Origin: Trichinella spiralis
Lineage: Eukaryota
DNA length: 64,000 nt
Assembly: GCF_000181795.1 (NCBI RefSeq)
Contig: NW_003526941.1
Location: 9,438,038-9,502,037 of the forward strand
Direction of reading: 5' to 3'
Under the pieces are notes generated by a model that was not told the DNA's origin, made no database searches, and saw nothing but the letters and a program-made list of their open reading frames with translations. The position numbers and the translations under genes were made by a program. Positions 15,301-28,284 of this stretch are shown here, in pieces; the stretch's first letter is position 1, and each line of letters starts with the position of its first letter.

Positions 15301-18082
15301 CATAAGAAACCAATATTTTAAAATTGACATTTCTTCTTCACATCGCTGTCATAATCTACAGGATTTGCAAGCGAGCCATTTTCCTGAAATAAAATAAACG
15401 ATCACCAAATAACAGTAGAATTCAAAACAAAAAATGGCTACCAAATAATTATCAGCCAAAACTTCCATCTCCATTATATCCATACTGTTATAATGAGGTT
15501 TCGCTTTACCCATATACTAAGGAAAAAAGAAATTTCTTTTTCTCTTGTTTTCAAATTTAACACATGCACATCAACAAATCGATTACCAATGGACGAAGCT
15601 GAGGATGATGAACTACATATCCATTGTTGTCAACAATAAAAGTATAAGAATGTGTCCCAAGCTGATAAGAATTAAATTTTCACAACACAATCGGAATTAA
15701 TTTTTCACCTGAAGCATTTTACCATATAAAGTGGAGCCATCTGTTGCAATTCGGTAATCAATGCTGACGCTCCAACAACTCCACGGAAGGAATCATTCGC
15801 CACCACCGGAAATGCTACCGTAGCAACAAGTACAGCTCCCTGTGAAAATATCATTATAATGATCTTGACAAAAAAGTGTATCCTATTCGTAGCTTCTTGC
15901 TATTTTACCAAACGGTCGTAATATGCACCGGTCCACACAGGATCAGTGCGATTGCGTTCGGGTGTCAAGCGACTCATAACACCAATGTAGGATTGAACTT
16001 TCTCTTGCACATCTGCCAAGTTTGAGATGTGCGCAAAATAACCACGATTGTAACAAGCCATCCAACGAACCTCTCTCGTTTCGGTTACATCATCACCGAT
16101 TAAATATGTAAAAAATCGAATCTGAAATGCATATCATGAGCACAGAATAAAAATGTAAATCAATAAACGACAATCAGAAAATTGCTTACCGTCTTATCTT
16201 TGTTGTACTTTTCAAATATATCTTCGTAGGTATCACTCGGCCCATCGGTAATGAGCATAATCGCATTCTGACAGCCACTGTTAACTCCGGGATTTTGAGA
16301 TGCCTGCAGAAAAAAACACAATTACAAGTAAAACATATGCAATGCACAATTATATTAATAATTACTTCGATTAAAACTTCAAATGCTAATGATAACGCAG
16401 CTGGATAATTGGCAATGCCTTCTGCTGTGACATTATCCAAAGTGACTCGCATCAACTGAATGAATTAAATCTTTCAAAAAAGTGCTTGTTTCGTTAATCA
16501 GTCTGCAATTTATATTATTTACCTTTTTATTTTTGATTGTCGCCTGTACCAAGCGATTTCGAAAGCAAGATAAAATAAATTTGGGTTCTTCAGAAAACTG
16601 GAAAAACATGAATGAAAATTTTGAAAAAAATTCCTCCATAAAAAAACTACACCGCAACGTACCACGATCATGTTAAAAAAATCGTTTTCAGTAAGTGTTT
16701 CTAAAATCATTTCTATTGTCTGTTTGGCAATTTCAAAACGCTGACCCAACATTGAACCACTCATATCGAGCATGATGATTATATTCTTCGCATGAGTGGC
16801 TGCATCAATGTACCTGAAAATTCATAATGAAATACTGTATTGAAAAAATCAATTCCATTACCATTCAGAATTTCTGCAGTCGTACATGTCCAAACATGTG
16901 TGAGAATCATCGTAAAACCAAGGAGAGGCGGGATAAAATCTCATAAAACCTTTCTGCGAGCAAAAATACTGCCAACTGGCAGCGAAAAATTCTCTAGCTC
17001 GACGAGCTTTGAAAATATCATCCAAACTTTCGGTCCAAATGATTTCACTTAACAATTCTGGATCTAGATAATAATAATGATAATAATAATAAAACAAGTC
17101 AATTGGAATTAAAATTAAATTCAACAAATCAACCTCGAGCGTAAACTGGTGTAGGCACATGAATTGCTGATTTTTCAGTGTTTACCGGAAGATTGAAAAA
17201 GTTTGGATTTGGAATATAGCTGACAGACAAAGATGAATTAATTAGCAATGGGTCGACATAGTGTCGATTCAAGCATGACTTGGAGTCGACAAATCGATAC
17301 TAAAATTTCACAATTAAATAAATGTTGTCAGAAAGGGAATATTGCTAACAAAATCATCGCTTTGGAGATCATTTATCGCCTCTCTGTCCACCATCTGGAA
17401 AAGACTGTAAGAATTTTCCAAATTCTCCTTCAAAATCTACAAAAATCATACATTGAAATGTATGACGAAAACTGCGAAAAAAAACAACATCTGCACCTCA
17501 GCTAATTGTCGTCTTCGACCTAAAAACTTTTCCAGACGAGCTTTCATCACATCGATAACTTCTTCTGGATCAAAATATTCTACCCGTGCATTTTTTTCCT
17601 GATACTTCTGAAGATTGATTTAATTTTCACTTTATTTATAAATTAATGCAATTTTTATACAGTGTTCTGATAAAAATTATTCTACTTGTTCAAGTTCTTC
17701 GGCTTGAGTAGCCGTTGTTGCGGTCGAATACAGATCCAAGCCGAAACTTTTCGCCCACTGTTCAACACTAAGAAGAAAAATCGATGTTGTATACTTTCAG
17801 ATTAAAAATACACCAATACACACATTGAAGCGCTGATTGGAATAGCGCCTCTACCACGCAGATCTTGGGCATGTAATTCTGCTGCCAAAGCAAACAGCCG
17901 GAAAAACAAGCCTATTAAAAAGCAAATTGTAAATATTCAAATAATATTTAAAACACTTAACTTGAAATTTTGCTTCACTAATAAATGTGTAGTCAATTTG
18001 AGAATAATTTTAAATGTTGAAAAAAGTCTCAACAGGCAAATTCATGCACAATGAACAGAAGAAAAATAAATTTCAAATGCAT
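12334..18082 (-). CDS. unc-36: Voltage-gated calcium channel alpha2/delta subunit (unc-36-like), many short exons; start tentative
   Basis: [14 protein letters not shown] and [44 protein letters not shown]...ITDG, Cache-like exons, delta region RYRRPPSAC and a C-terminal hydrophobic helix. A candidate signal-peptide exon [12 protein letters not shown] starts at 18082. Confidence 0.9.
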
Positions 18083-19477
18083 TCACAAGCTTCTGCGTAA
18101 ACAAAATGAAGCTGTCAATTAGCTGTGCTGAACAATATTTAACATGTTCGTTCACATTATAAAACACTACTGCAGTTTGAAGTGAAAATATTTTTCTAAA
18201 TTTTCCAAGAAAATATAATATAAAAAATAATAAAACAATTATACAAGCCATTACCAAACAACATTACGTAAATCGTAAACCAGCAAATGCAGTTTCAGTC
18301 ATTGGATTCTTAATTGCTCTTCATTAAATTTTAATATAAATATGACAATATGCTGGTGAACAAAGCAAGCAAAATGAACAACCAACCAACTTCATAGAAG
18401 AATTCAGTGTTGCGCATTGCAAACAACGCCGTGTTGTTTCAACATTATTGCTTTCAAATTATGCATAAACTTTTCCATAAAAAGATTCATTATTCTCTTG
18501 TTTAATTGACAATCTATCTTTCCACAATCAACTACATGCCTTTAAAAATTAAATTTGCAAAAGTTACGGTAGTTATGCTTACCGTAATATTTATGATTAA
18601 GTATATAAGTATAAATAATTATTGTTTATTATAAAACAAATTTAATAATCCATTAATACATTTAAATATATAATGAGTTTTTTTTATTTCATTTAAAATT
18701 ACATATATTTTTTTTATTATTTGTAGATTTTAATTTTTATTTTTAACAATCATTATATTGATTTGTGATGTAAGAAGAAATACACGGTGGTGGGTTAACA
18801 AATGAGATCTTAGTATTGATGCTTTGCGCGGATGTATAGAAAAACGTTATTGTTCAAATGTTTGAAAGTGAAAATTTTCATTATCAAGAATGATAAATTA
18901 TTGAAAATGGATGTTTTCAACTGAATTTCAAGCAAGCTTTCTCATCGTCTGTTTACGGCTTTCGTGCCGACTGAAAAGTTGATTTCAAATAAAAGAATGT
19001 TAATTCTATGTTTGTGGTGCCGTAAATTTTTAAAATAAAATAAAATAAAATGTATCTTTTCGTGATGATTAAAATTTGATCTGTCATTTGATGTTATTTT
19101 GCTGTTTTGTTGCACTTTGTGCTTGATTGCTGTCAGATGGAAAGCAGTGGCGCTCACCAGTCGTCAGTTGCAGTGTAAAAGGTTCGTTCAACTGGACAAA
19201 TTATTCGAAAATGTTAGGCACAGGTTGTGTATGCAGTTTATTGCTTTTCTTTCACTTTCACAAAATTCTTTGTCGAAGTTCAAAACAAACTACAAAGCAC
19301 GGACTAGGGTGAGAAAAAAAATGCTAAAAAATGAAAAGCAAGTTCAGCGATAAAATTTAATTGACAAAACTTGTTCTTCATAATATGACAGGGCTGGTAT
19401 TAATTTGTTATATAACAGAATGCAAAAATGGTCGAACAACAACTTGGTAAACAAATTTACTTACTGCTACTTGAGAA

Positions 19478-20178
19478 ATGTTTCTTCAACAGAAGCTAAT
19501 TATTCTGCTGTTTGCCTGTTATTTTGGCCATGCACTGAAATGTTACGTTTGCAACACAGGTCCGAATGTATGTGATGCAAAATTAGTTCGCAAAAATGTA
19601 ATCAATATAATAATACATTTCATTCTAGCAAGATGATCACCAACCATGCGTTGGGAAAATTGAGGAATGTCCAGAAGATGTGCACAGTTGTACAATGGTG
19701 TTGTATGAAACATCAAATGGTGTTGTTGGCAAAAGAAAATTTTGCACCGCTTCTGCATCACCTATTCACGATTATATGCGCAGTTTTCCAGATAGCACAT
19801 TTTGCCATAAAATAAATACAGTAATCGTGGCATAATAAAATCATAAAACGTTATTTGAATATTTTAAACATTATTTCAGTCGACATTATCAGGAAAAGAT
19901 TCCAGTAGAAAACCAAGACCAAAGAACCTGGCAGCAGATACAATGCCTCCAGCTCCACCAGTTGATATGGTTCGTATATATTATATATACTTGTTTATTT
20001 TTCATAACATTATTTTCAGAAATACACTCTTATTTGCGTCTGCAACGGTGAATTGTGCAACCGAGGTTCTCATACCGATATGGTCAACAACTTAATGCCA
20101 GAATCATCGATTAATAATGCAAGGATGCTGAAAAAAATGACAAACGATGAAGATTACAACGTCTTGGAATTCAAATAG
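19478..20178 (+). CDS. Secreted Ly6/uPAR (three-finger) domain protein, 176 aa; exons 19478-19567, 19629-19820, 19880-19969, 20020-20178
   Basis: Signal peptide MFLQQKLIILLFACYFGHA, then LKCYVC...C...C...C...C...C...ICVCNGELCN (10 Cys). Three phase-0 GT-AG introns give an open frame. Confidence 0.8.
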
Positions 20179-20787
20179 TATGAACCTTGTTCAAAAAGTA
20201 CTGTTTTTTTCATTATTTTCTAGCAGCTTGTTTATTCTACAAAATAGTCATATAGTTACCTCTTGTATAACAGAATTGTCTTCAGATTTTTCACAGAAAC
20301 GACTGTATATATTTGTATATAAACTTAAATTAAATTAAATTAAATTACAAAAGACTTACTTTTTCAAATTTTCAAATCGTGCATCTCAGAATCGTTTACT
20401 AAAATAATGAATTCTGCTTTGGATTTTAAACATCACGCATTTCAAAACGTTATTGCTAAAATAAAAATTACATTCGAGCAAGCTAAAACAGAATTAAAAC
20501 TTTTATAGTAAGAATAAAACAAACCAAATGCATGCTAAACTATACATTACTTTAAAATAAAGTGCAAAAATTACGCACATTTAGAATGAAAATGTTGATG
20601 AAAATTATTAGAATAGATTCATATACGTCAAAACATTTTTTTATCAATTATGGCATGTGATTAAGACGTATTTTTCTAAAGAATTTTACACAAAATCAAT
20701 GCAACAAACACCCTGCTGATGATCATCTATCTTATTGAATGAAATCAAACTGACATTCAAACAAAGCAAAAAAAAACACAATTAGAA

Positions 20788-21636
20788 TCAGTTTACTGTA
20801 AAATCTTTTACGCCTACTAAACACTTACGCAACATAACTAACTGATTTGCATAATTTTCCACAGAAAATGCTTTAAAAGAACATTCTGGCAAGTACGCGT
20901 GGGGCAAGAAGTTCAATGCAGAATAATACGATGTGAAATCATATTTTGAAGCACTGTCGTATGGATGCAGATTAAGATTTGAAAAGAAGAAATTTTCAGA
21001 TTTGCATTCGGAAAATTTTCCATTATCAATTTTACCAAAGTTGACAGATGGATTTCGCAATGTCGACGGCTTAAGAATGGGCTTTGGCTCTTTTGACGAA
21101 CAGTTTATGCTAATTTTATTTTCATTTTCTTCTTCCACAAGCGGAATTTTCCACTGAACTTTTGATTTGCCATTGTTCTCTTTTGCATCGTCAAAAGTAA
21201 AATTGAAAGTGCAGCTTTGCCCATAATTTTCTTCAAAAAATTCATCACAGCTCGTATCATTTTCGAACTGCTTCATCTGAGCTAACATTTGTTGAAACAA
21301 TTTATTCTCAACATTCATTCTGCTACTACTACTACTACTACTACAGTGGCTTTGTTCAGGTGCTTCTGACTTCGGCAAACGCTCTTTAGACACATCTCTT
21401 ACTAAAGGTCTAAATTCCAAATACGGTGTTCTCGGTAACTTCAATAACTTTACTTCTTCACCTGGCCAAACTGCTGCTGCTTTGATGAAAACTTTTTGTA
21501 TGAAAACTGTATCATTGAAAGTTTTAGTCTGCTTTTCCAAAGAAACATCAATGTCAATTTCAGTGTATTTTTGAAAATTTCCAATCTCTTCCTTTTCCAT
21601 ATAACGCTTAAGCAGTTTGTCAGATATTACTTTCAT
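20788..21636 (-). CDS. Hypothetical intronless protein, 282 aa
   Basis: 849-nt ORF in very AT-rich DNA, hydrophilic, with a poly-Ser tract from a (TAC)n run; no family recognised. Confidence 0.6.
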   Translation of the reverse strand: MKVISDKLLKRYMEKEEIGNFQKYTEIDIDVSLEKQTKTFNDTVFIQKVFIKAAAVWPGEEVKLLKLPRTPYLEFRPLVRDVSKERLPKSEAPEQSHCSSSSSSSRMNVENKLFQQMLAQMKQFENDTSCDEFFEENYGQSCTFNFTFDDAKENNGKSKVQWKIPLVEEENENKISINCSSKEPKPILKPSTLRNPSVNFGKIDNGKFSECKSENFFFSNLNLHPYDSASKYDFTSYYSALNFLPHAYLPECSFKAFSVENYANQLVMLRKCLVGVKDFTVN

Positions 21637-22976
21637 TTAAAAAAAGGCAAAATTTTTCAAACGTTAAATTGAAACATTCGCAAAGCATAAATAAATACTA
21701 TTACAAGATTATTACTGGATAAGCTTTAACTTTTTTCCTTTGACTTTATTGAAATATATTATTATAAGTGAAAAAAATTGCAAAATTTGTATGATCTATT
21801 TGAAAGAATACATTTATCAATAATTTAGCAAACAAAATTCAAGTGTGACTTACTTTGCAAAATCCGCAGTCTTTTCTTGTCAAAATGAAATTTGTTTGGA
21901 AAAAGTTAACAGTTGAAATTATTCCCTGAAGTTGAACTTCATTAATTATGCTTTTTCATCTTATTCACGTTCCTCTATTTCTTCTTCTTCTTCTTCTTCT
22001 TCTTTTTCTTGGAACCAAGCTTATATTAAATAAGTATTCAAGAATTGCGATCAACAACCTGATTGATGCAAACAGCCGTGTGCAAAGTTGACAGTCGCAG
22101 CATATCTATCTGACTGAATCTCTGCCTCATTTGATTAATTGCAAGCATTTGTTATTTATTCAGTTTGCTCAAATTTAAGCTAAAACTTTTCCTTAAATAA
22201 ATAACTAAGTAATCAAAAAATAAAATACAGTAAAATTAAAATATTTCATTTTTAGAAATTCCTCTTTAGTTCTTGATTCGTGACGCATGATTCGTGTTTT
22301 GTAATCAAGGAATACTGTAACTTGTGAAAAGAAGAAAATAAGTACATATATGTACATGCATACCTGCAATATGCAAGATACGATATGAGATGTTATTGTC
22401 AAAATGTAAAATGTGCAACGGAAAAAAACTTGGATTACAGAAATGAAAACCGAATTGAAATTTCATGATATTTTTGAAACAAAAGTATTAAAATTCATTA
22501 AACAGAAGAATATCATTAAAATATTTTAAATCAGCATAAATTTTATCAAGGTTGTATTACAGGGTATTGCTTCATAAGTAAAATACTAATGAAGAATGCA
22601 TGAGAATTCTCTGGACGATGAGAACAAATTTTTACAATATTGATAAAAAAACAATTTGAATAGAGGAATATTTGCACATTTTCATCTTATAAACAAAAAT
22701 AAAACTATAACAGCAATGTTGATTTTCATTTTAGTTGTGCAAATAAAAAAACTGAACTCAAAGCACGGAATTATGAATTATATTTTCTGGAAAAAATTTT
22801 TCAAATAAACTATAGGTATTTTTGTTAATAGTTTGATCAAAATTTGACAATTTATCGCAGTGAATGAAGAAAAGTGGAGAGAAATTTAGTAACATTGCTA
22901 ATCGATCAGCCTATTCGCAGTGTGAAATAAGTATTAGTAGTTTTGGTTTATTAAATTAATTTTCACGCTGTCCCCG

Positions 22977-22990
22977 TTGCCCCCTCCTGC
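22977..22990 (-). promoter_or_regulatory. Weaker CTCF-like motif GCAGGAGGGGGCAA
   Basis: About 3 mismatches to the core CCASYAGRKGGCRS. Confidence 0.25.
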
Positions 22991-23762
22991 CCAACAGAAG
23001 ATTTCTAAGATTTAAGTCAACGTTGCCAGCAGTTGACGTAGTCGTAAAAAGGGAGGAGGATTAGCTTTACAGATTCACAAAACGGAAAATAAGTGAAAGA
23101 TTGATTTTCGGTAAAATGCGAACCCCTGGATCGCTTTTTGTGAAAAAGAAGTGATGGCATTAACGCATCCACCAATTTCTAGAGAAAGCCATTCTAGTGT
23201 TGTTTTTAGGAAAGAGGAAAATTCCGCCTGTCATTATCATTAATTTCCTAGCCAAACGACTATTTCAAAACTCCTGTGATGCATAATTAACAGGTACTAA
23301 CTACTACTCATACTACTGATACCACTACTACTGGTAATGACAATAATAAAATAATGGTTTTGCATTTTTTCAATCTGGATTTCACAGTTCAATCTGGAGA
23401 AAACGTCAAATATTACTTACTGTAAGTGGCTATTGATGAAAATAATTTCATAGAAAAAATATCGCTTTATATTTACTTAAAATAAAGAAATAAATATATT
23501 TCAATCGTCACGACCTCTTTCAAACTTCATCTACTGCATTCAACACCCATCAGCATTTCTACAGTCTACAGCTACTACTATATTTTAAATTTGAGCAAAT
23601 TTAAACTTCTTTTTTTTCAACTCTTTAAACACAACCTATCCTTATTATACTGCTTATTTCAAAGAAAAAAAACCAAATAATTATTAGATTAATAATAAAA
23701 TGAAGAAAACTGTTAAGCATGCATGAAATAAAATTGACTTGGCCAAGGCAATGAGCAAGTTA

Positions 23763-23776
23763 CCAACAGGGGGCGC
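23763..23776 (+). promoter_or_regulatory. CTCF-like motif CCAACAGGGGGCGC
   Basis: 13/14 match to the core consensus CCASYAGRKGGCRS in an AT-rich intergenic region. Confidence 0.45.
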
Positions 23777-26756
23777 AAGAAGTCTAAATTAGAGGTTGGA
23801 AAGGAAGAACACGCAAGCAAAGAAATGAAAATGCATCCATCGGCCAAAACTGACATTAAGAAGAATGGACGGACACTTTTGGCAATCATGTACGGTTGAA
23901 TAATTTATTCATACTTTAACACAAATTTCGCGCGAGTTAATGTGGTCTGCGTTGTTGGTTCGACCATTTCTCAAGAGAAAAGTGATTTTCACATAATAAT
24001 ACCAACACTTCACATGAAAACGTAAGTGGCGAGTGATCTTTTTTTCAATTTTAATGTAAATCCGTTTCAAAACTGATCGACTGATCAACTTTTCGCAAAC
24101 TTAATAAATCTGTCAGCTGAAAATGCATCTATAATTTTACACTACATTATTATACTACTACTTTGCAGTGTAAGTTCACATATTTTGATTGCCACTTGAC
24201 AAATCATCTAAAAAACTTTCCAACATTAATTTTTAAATGACAATATTCGTAATAAATATTGCTTGCTTTGAAAACATTTATACATAAACTAAAAGGATGA
24301 AAATGAATCTAATATCATATTTAATATGCAATATAATATTCATAACTTTCAAAATGTCAAAATTTTATAGAATTTCAAAACTTTTGTGCATGTTTCTTTC
24401 AAAAAATATTATGAAACAGTTCTCAGTTCAAAATAGATGCTGAAAGGATTTTCTCTGAAGTTGAAAGCTTTCTCAGAGTGAATAACCTTTTGCATAAGGT
24501 AGGATTAAAGTTTTTGTATTAATAATAATGATAATATTTATCATTATTGTTGATTTGTGAGGAAAAATTCCCTCAAGCTGTCTATCCTCTCTATCAGAGT
24601 TGTTCCCAAAGTTGGAGCCTAATTGAATTGTCAATCATGCTGTGCAATCTTATTTATCCATGTCTAATCATTGTGGCATCCATAATCAATTATTTATCAT
24701 TATGTAATGCAAATGAATAGGAACAGAGTGAAAAATCAGATTAACCAAGTATATTATTGTAATACGCACAACAACTGTTTATTTCGGCGGATGGAGAAAA
24801 TTAAATTATGACATCGTACATAACAATTCTGTTTAAAATCTTCAAATTTTACAATAAACAGAAATTAAGTAAAAAATTACCTATTAAATAATATCAAAAT
24901 TACATTAACAAAAAATTCAAATAAAGTAAAAATGATGATTTTTTGAAAAAATGATTATTATCTGGTTCAATTAAATTCAATTCTGCAAACAATTTCATTA
25001 TCAGCAAATTTCAACTAAACAATGTGAACAATGTAAAATTATACAACTGTTAACATAATTAACAACTACTCGTTGTGAAGTATTTAGCAAAAAAATAATA
25101 AAAAATCACCCTGTATTAAATATATCCGTTACTATGACGAGATAAAATATGAAATTGAAAATGTGGGAGAAAATTGAAAATTACAGTAAAAATAAATAAA
25201 TTTCTCATCACCGCTCTATCTGATATTTGATCTTTAATAAATTTAAAGTTCACACCGGAAGATATTGAAATGAAAATTACAGTCAGATTTTCATCAATAT
25301 TTTACAAATAAATGATGTCAATGCCAGAACGATAGACTCAATTTTCAATTTAAACAACCTGCAGCAATTACTTCAAATAGAAAATATGACGTGTTGATTG
25401 TGCTTTTTGTTTTCAAAATAAAAATCAATCACCTAAACATTGCAGTGATGAATGCACTGAATGCAAATCACCATTTCATCGGAAATTTTAATTTCTGTAA
25501 ACGATACCGTAAGAATTTCAATTTCTGTGTTCTTTTCAAATAAATATTCATTCACACTACCATAAACAACACAAAAAGAACTAGTATTATATACTCTTTT
25601 TTTATATTCAATATAAATCGACAAACAAATTTTAAATATAATCCACTGAATTGTAAAATTTATCAATTTATACACACACTGATGATTGACAGATTATCAT
25701 AATTACTTTCAGTATTATATTAAGACATTGAACGATCCAATTTTTTCCAAATTCATTGTATAAATTCTAATCTATATTGAAAATGAAATTATCTAAGTAA
25801 GAATTCATGCAAAGTACAGAAAGAAAAGATAATTCATGATAAATTTTCACATTCACCTTAATCTGCAAAACAACGGTTTTTTCAACTCATAACTAATCAC
25901 ATTCAATTTATGTAGTATCTAAAACTGTCATCCAAATTTTCAAATCTATTTTCAATAATAATCTATTTTTTGCTTGGATAAAAACAAAAAAGAACAACCA
26001 AGTGAAAAACAGGAAATAATAAGAAGATTAATGCCGGTAGTTTTGATTGAATTGGATGTCGAACGCTTCTCTCATTCGTGGGGCATCATACAATTAAGCG
26101 TGATTATTTTCAGATGAACTAGTACAATGACAAAATTGTACTGACTTGAATTTAAATCTATTTTCATCTAGGAAACGACACTAATCCCATTGCCACTTAA
26201 ATCTAACTTCAACTAAGTGATAGAGCTGAATTTAGCAGATTCTTTTATAATTGACAAAAATGAATCATTTGCAAACGAACAAAACCCATAATACTGGTAC
26301 AAATTTTAACAATAAATCTAAATAAATTTATCTATTCCATACTGACTACACACACGTATACCATTAATAAAAATGCATACATGCATACTTAACGTACGTA
26401 CGTACATGTGCATAGGGGCCAAGACAAAGTACAGAAAAGAAAGATGACTGATTTTTCTCCTACTCATGCATGTATGGATGATACTTTCCAATTGTTAAAA
26501 TTCCTTTCTCGTTCAGGAAAAAAATTATACTAAATTGTACTTGATCATCTTTAAAATCGATTAAAAATTTAATCAAACAATTGTAACACGTAGAAAAAAT
26601 GTAGAATTAATTATTTGAAGGAAAAAATCTCTTCATTTCAACAACTTTTACATATTTTTGTTGTAGATTTATCATGACCAACAACTGGACGACAGAACGT
26701 TGGCATTAGAAAACTGCTGCAAAGAAAAATTGCTTTAGAAAAATATTAATCAAGTG

Positions 26757-27482
26757 ATGGATTTTTCGAAACAATCAATTCATGCGACTATTTTACTGCT
26801 GACATGCTTTGCATTGTTGAAGAAGACAGTGGTCACTCAAAGCGGTGGCAAGCGTTGTCCTGTGGAACAGCTGATGAATTGTTTTGAAGAACTTTTTCCA
26901 CTGATATCCAACACAGATACAATGAATTGTACATTTTACAACCGTTTTCGAAACTGTTTCTACTTTCCCGGTTGTACTGAACAACAAGGAGCATCAGTTG
27001 CAAGCAGAACCTATTTGAAACTTATTGGCACCCATTTGCCAAAAGAATTATTCTTAGCGTTGGCCGCAAGTTGGAAAAATACCTGCACTGCTGAACAATG
27101 TGATCATCCTCCACCCAAGAAAGACTGGTGCCATCACATTATGAATGCCACGGATCAGGCTACTGATGAAAATACAATGAGTGAAATGGAAATGATTTGC
27201 AACAGAGTTTATAAGAAAACTTTGGAACCTTACGTCGCATGTCACAGATTGCAACACATGCTAATTCAGTGGCATAAATTCAGATCTGCACGATGTGGAC
27301 CTTATTCGCCGCAATGCTACTGCAAAGAGGTGCAACTTCAAATTGAACTCTGGTGCAATTTGAGATGCCATATACTGTTTTCATCCAGGGATTCTTCAAC
27401 TTTTCGAAATCCAAGTGCCATTGCCGCTATAATAGTGGCCGTGCTTCTCGTCTATTTACTTTGCTATTGTTGGATATTTTGA
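26757..27482 (+). CDS. Intronless Cys-rich surface protein with signal peptide and C-terminal GPI/TM segment, 241 aa
   Basis: N-terminal hydrophobic ATILLLTCFALL, many Cys, N-glycosylation sequons (NCT, NAT), SS...spacer, and terminal hydrophobic AIAAIIVAVLLVYLLCYCWIF. Confidence 0.75.
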   Translation: MDFSKQSIHATILLLTCFALLKKTVVTQSGGKRCPVEQLMNCFEELFPLISNTDTMNCTFYNRFRNCFYFPGCTEQQGASVASRTYLKLIGTHLPKELFLALAASWKNTCTAEQCDHPPPKKDWCHHIMNATDQATDENTMSEMEMICNRVYKKTLEPYVACHRLQHMLIQWHKFRSARCGPYSPQCYCKEVQLQIELWCNLRCHILFSSRDSSTFRNPSAIAAIIVAVLLVYLLCYCWIF

Positions 27483-28284
27483 AACGGATCTTTATTCCAT
27501 CATTAATTCTTTTTATTCTTTAAAATGTCGTTCTAACTATTCAACAGTTTCGCTTTGTACATGCATCTGTTTCCAAATGTTGCCATTGTGCCGTATTTCT
27601 AATATGTTCACACAGTACAAACGCTTCCAAAACCATCATCTTCCAAAAATGTATAAAATGATTAAATTCATTGCTTCTGTTTCTTTCACAAACAGGCGTC
27701 ATTTATGCAAAGACTGAGAAAAAATATTTTCTTTATTGCTCATTTCCACATCTTCCACGAATTTTGACTGCATGATCATACAGTCATTATGCAAGAAATG
27801 CGTGCAAATCACGCTTATAAGTTTCATTCAAAGCCCGATGCAATGGAGAATGAAAAGTGGAAACCATTACATTCAACCATAAAATCAAAAATTCGAACTT
27901 CAAAACTTCAAATTCGAACAAATGCCAAAAAAATAAAATGGACGAACAAACTATTTTTTAAGCATACAATAATATGCTCTGGAGAACAACACAACCAACA
28001 ATCGTGCCAAAATAATTACAATCAGACTGTGTAGAGCGCAAGAGAAAGTGGTATAATTTTCATTTTGGAAATTTCGAACTACACAATTTTGGGCAAGATT
28101 TCAATTTGAAAACAAAATTTCATCAGTGAGCTTTGAGAAAGAAAAATACTGCTTATTTTGAAAACTAACTAAAACAACAATGCACAACGTTGCATTCTGG
28201 CAGTTATTAATGAAGAATTATTACAATTAAATAAGCTGAACTAACACAAAAATGCTAAAAAGCTGAATGGAATTGGAAATGTTT

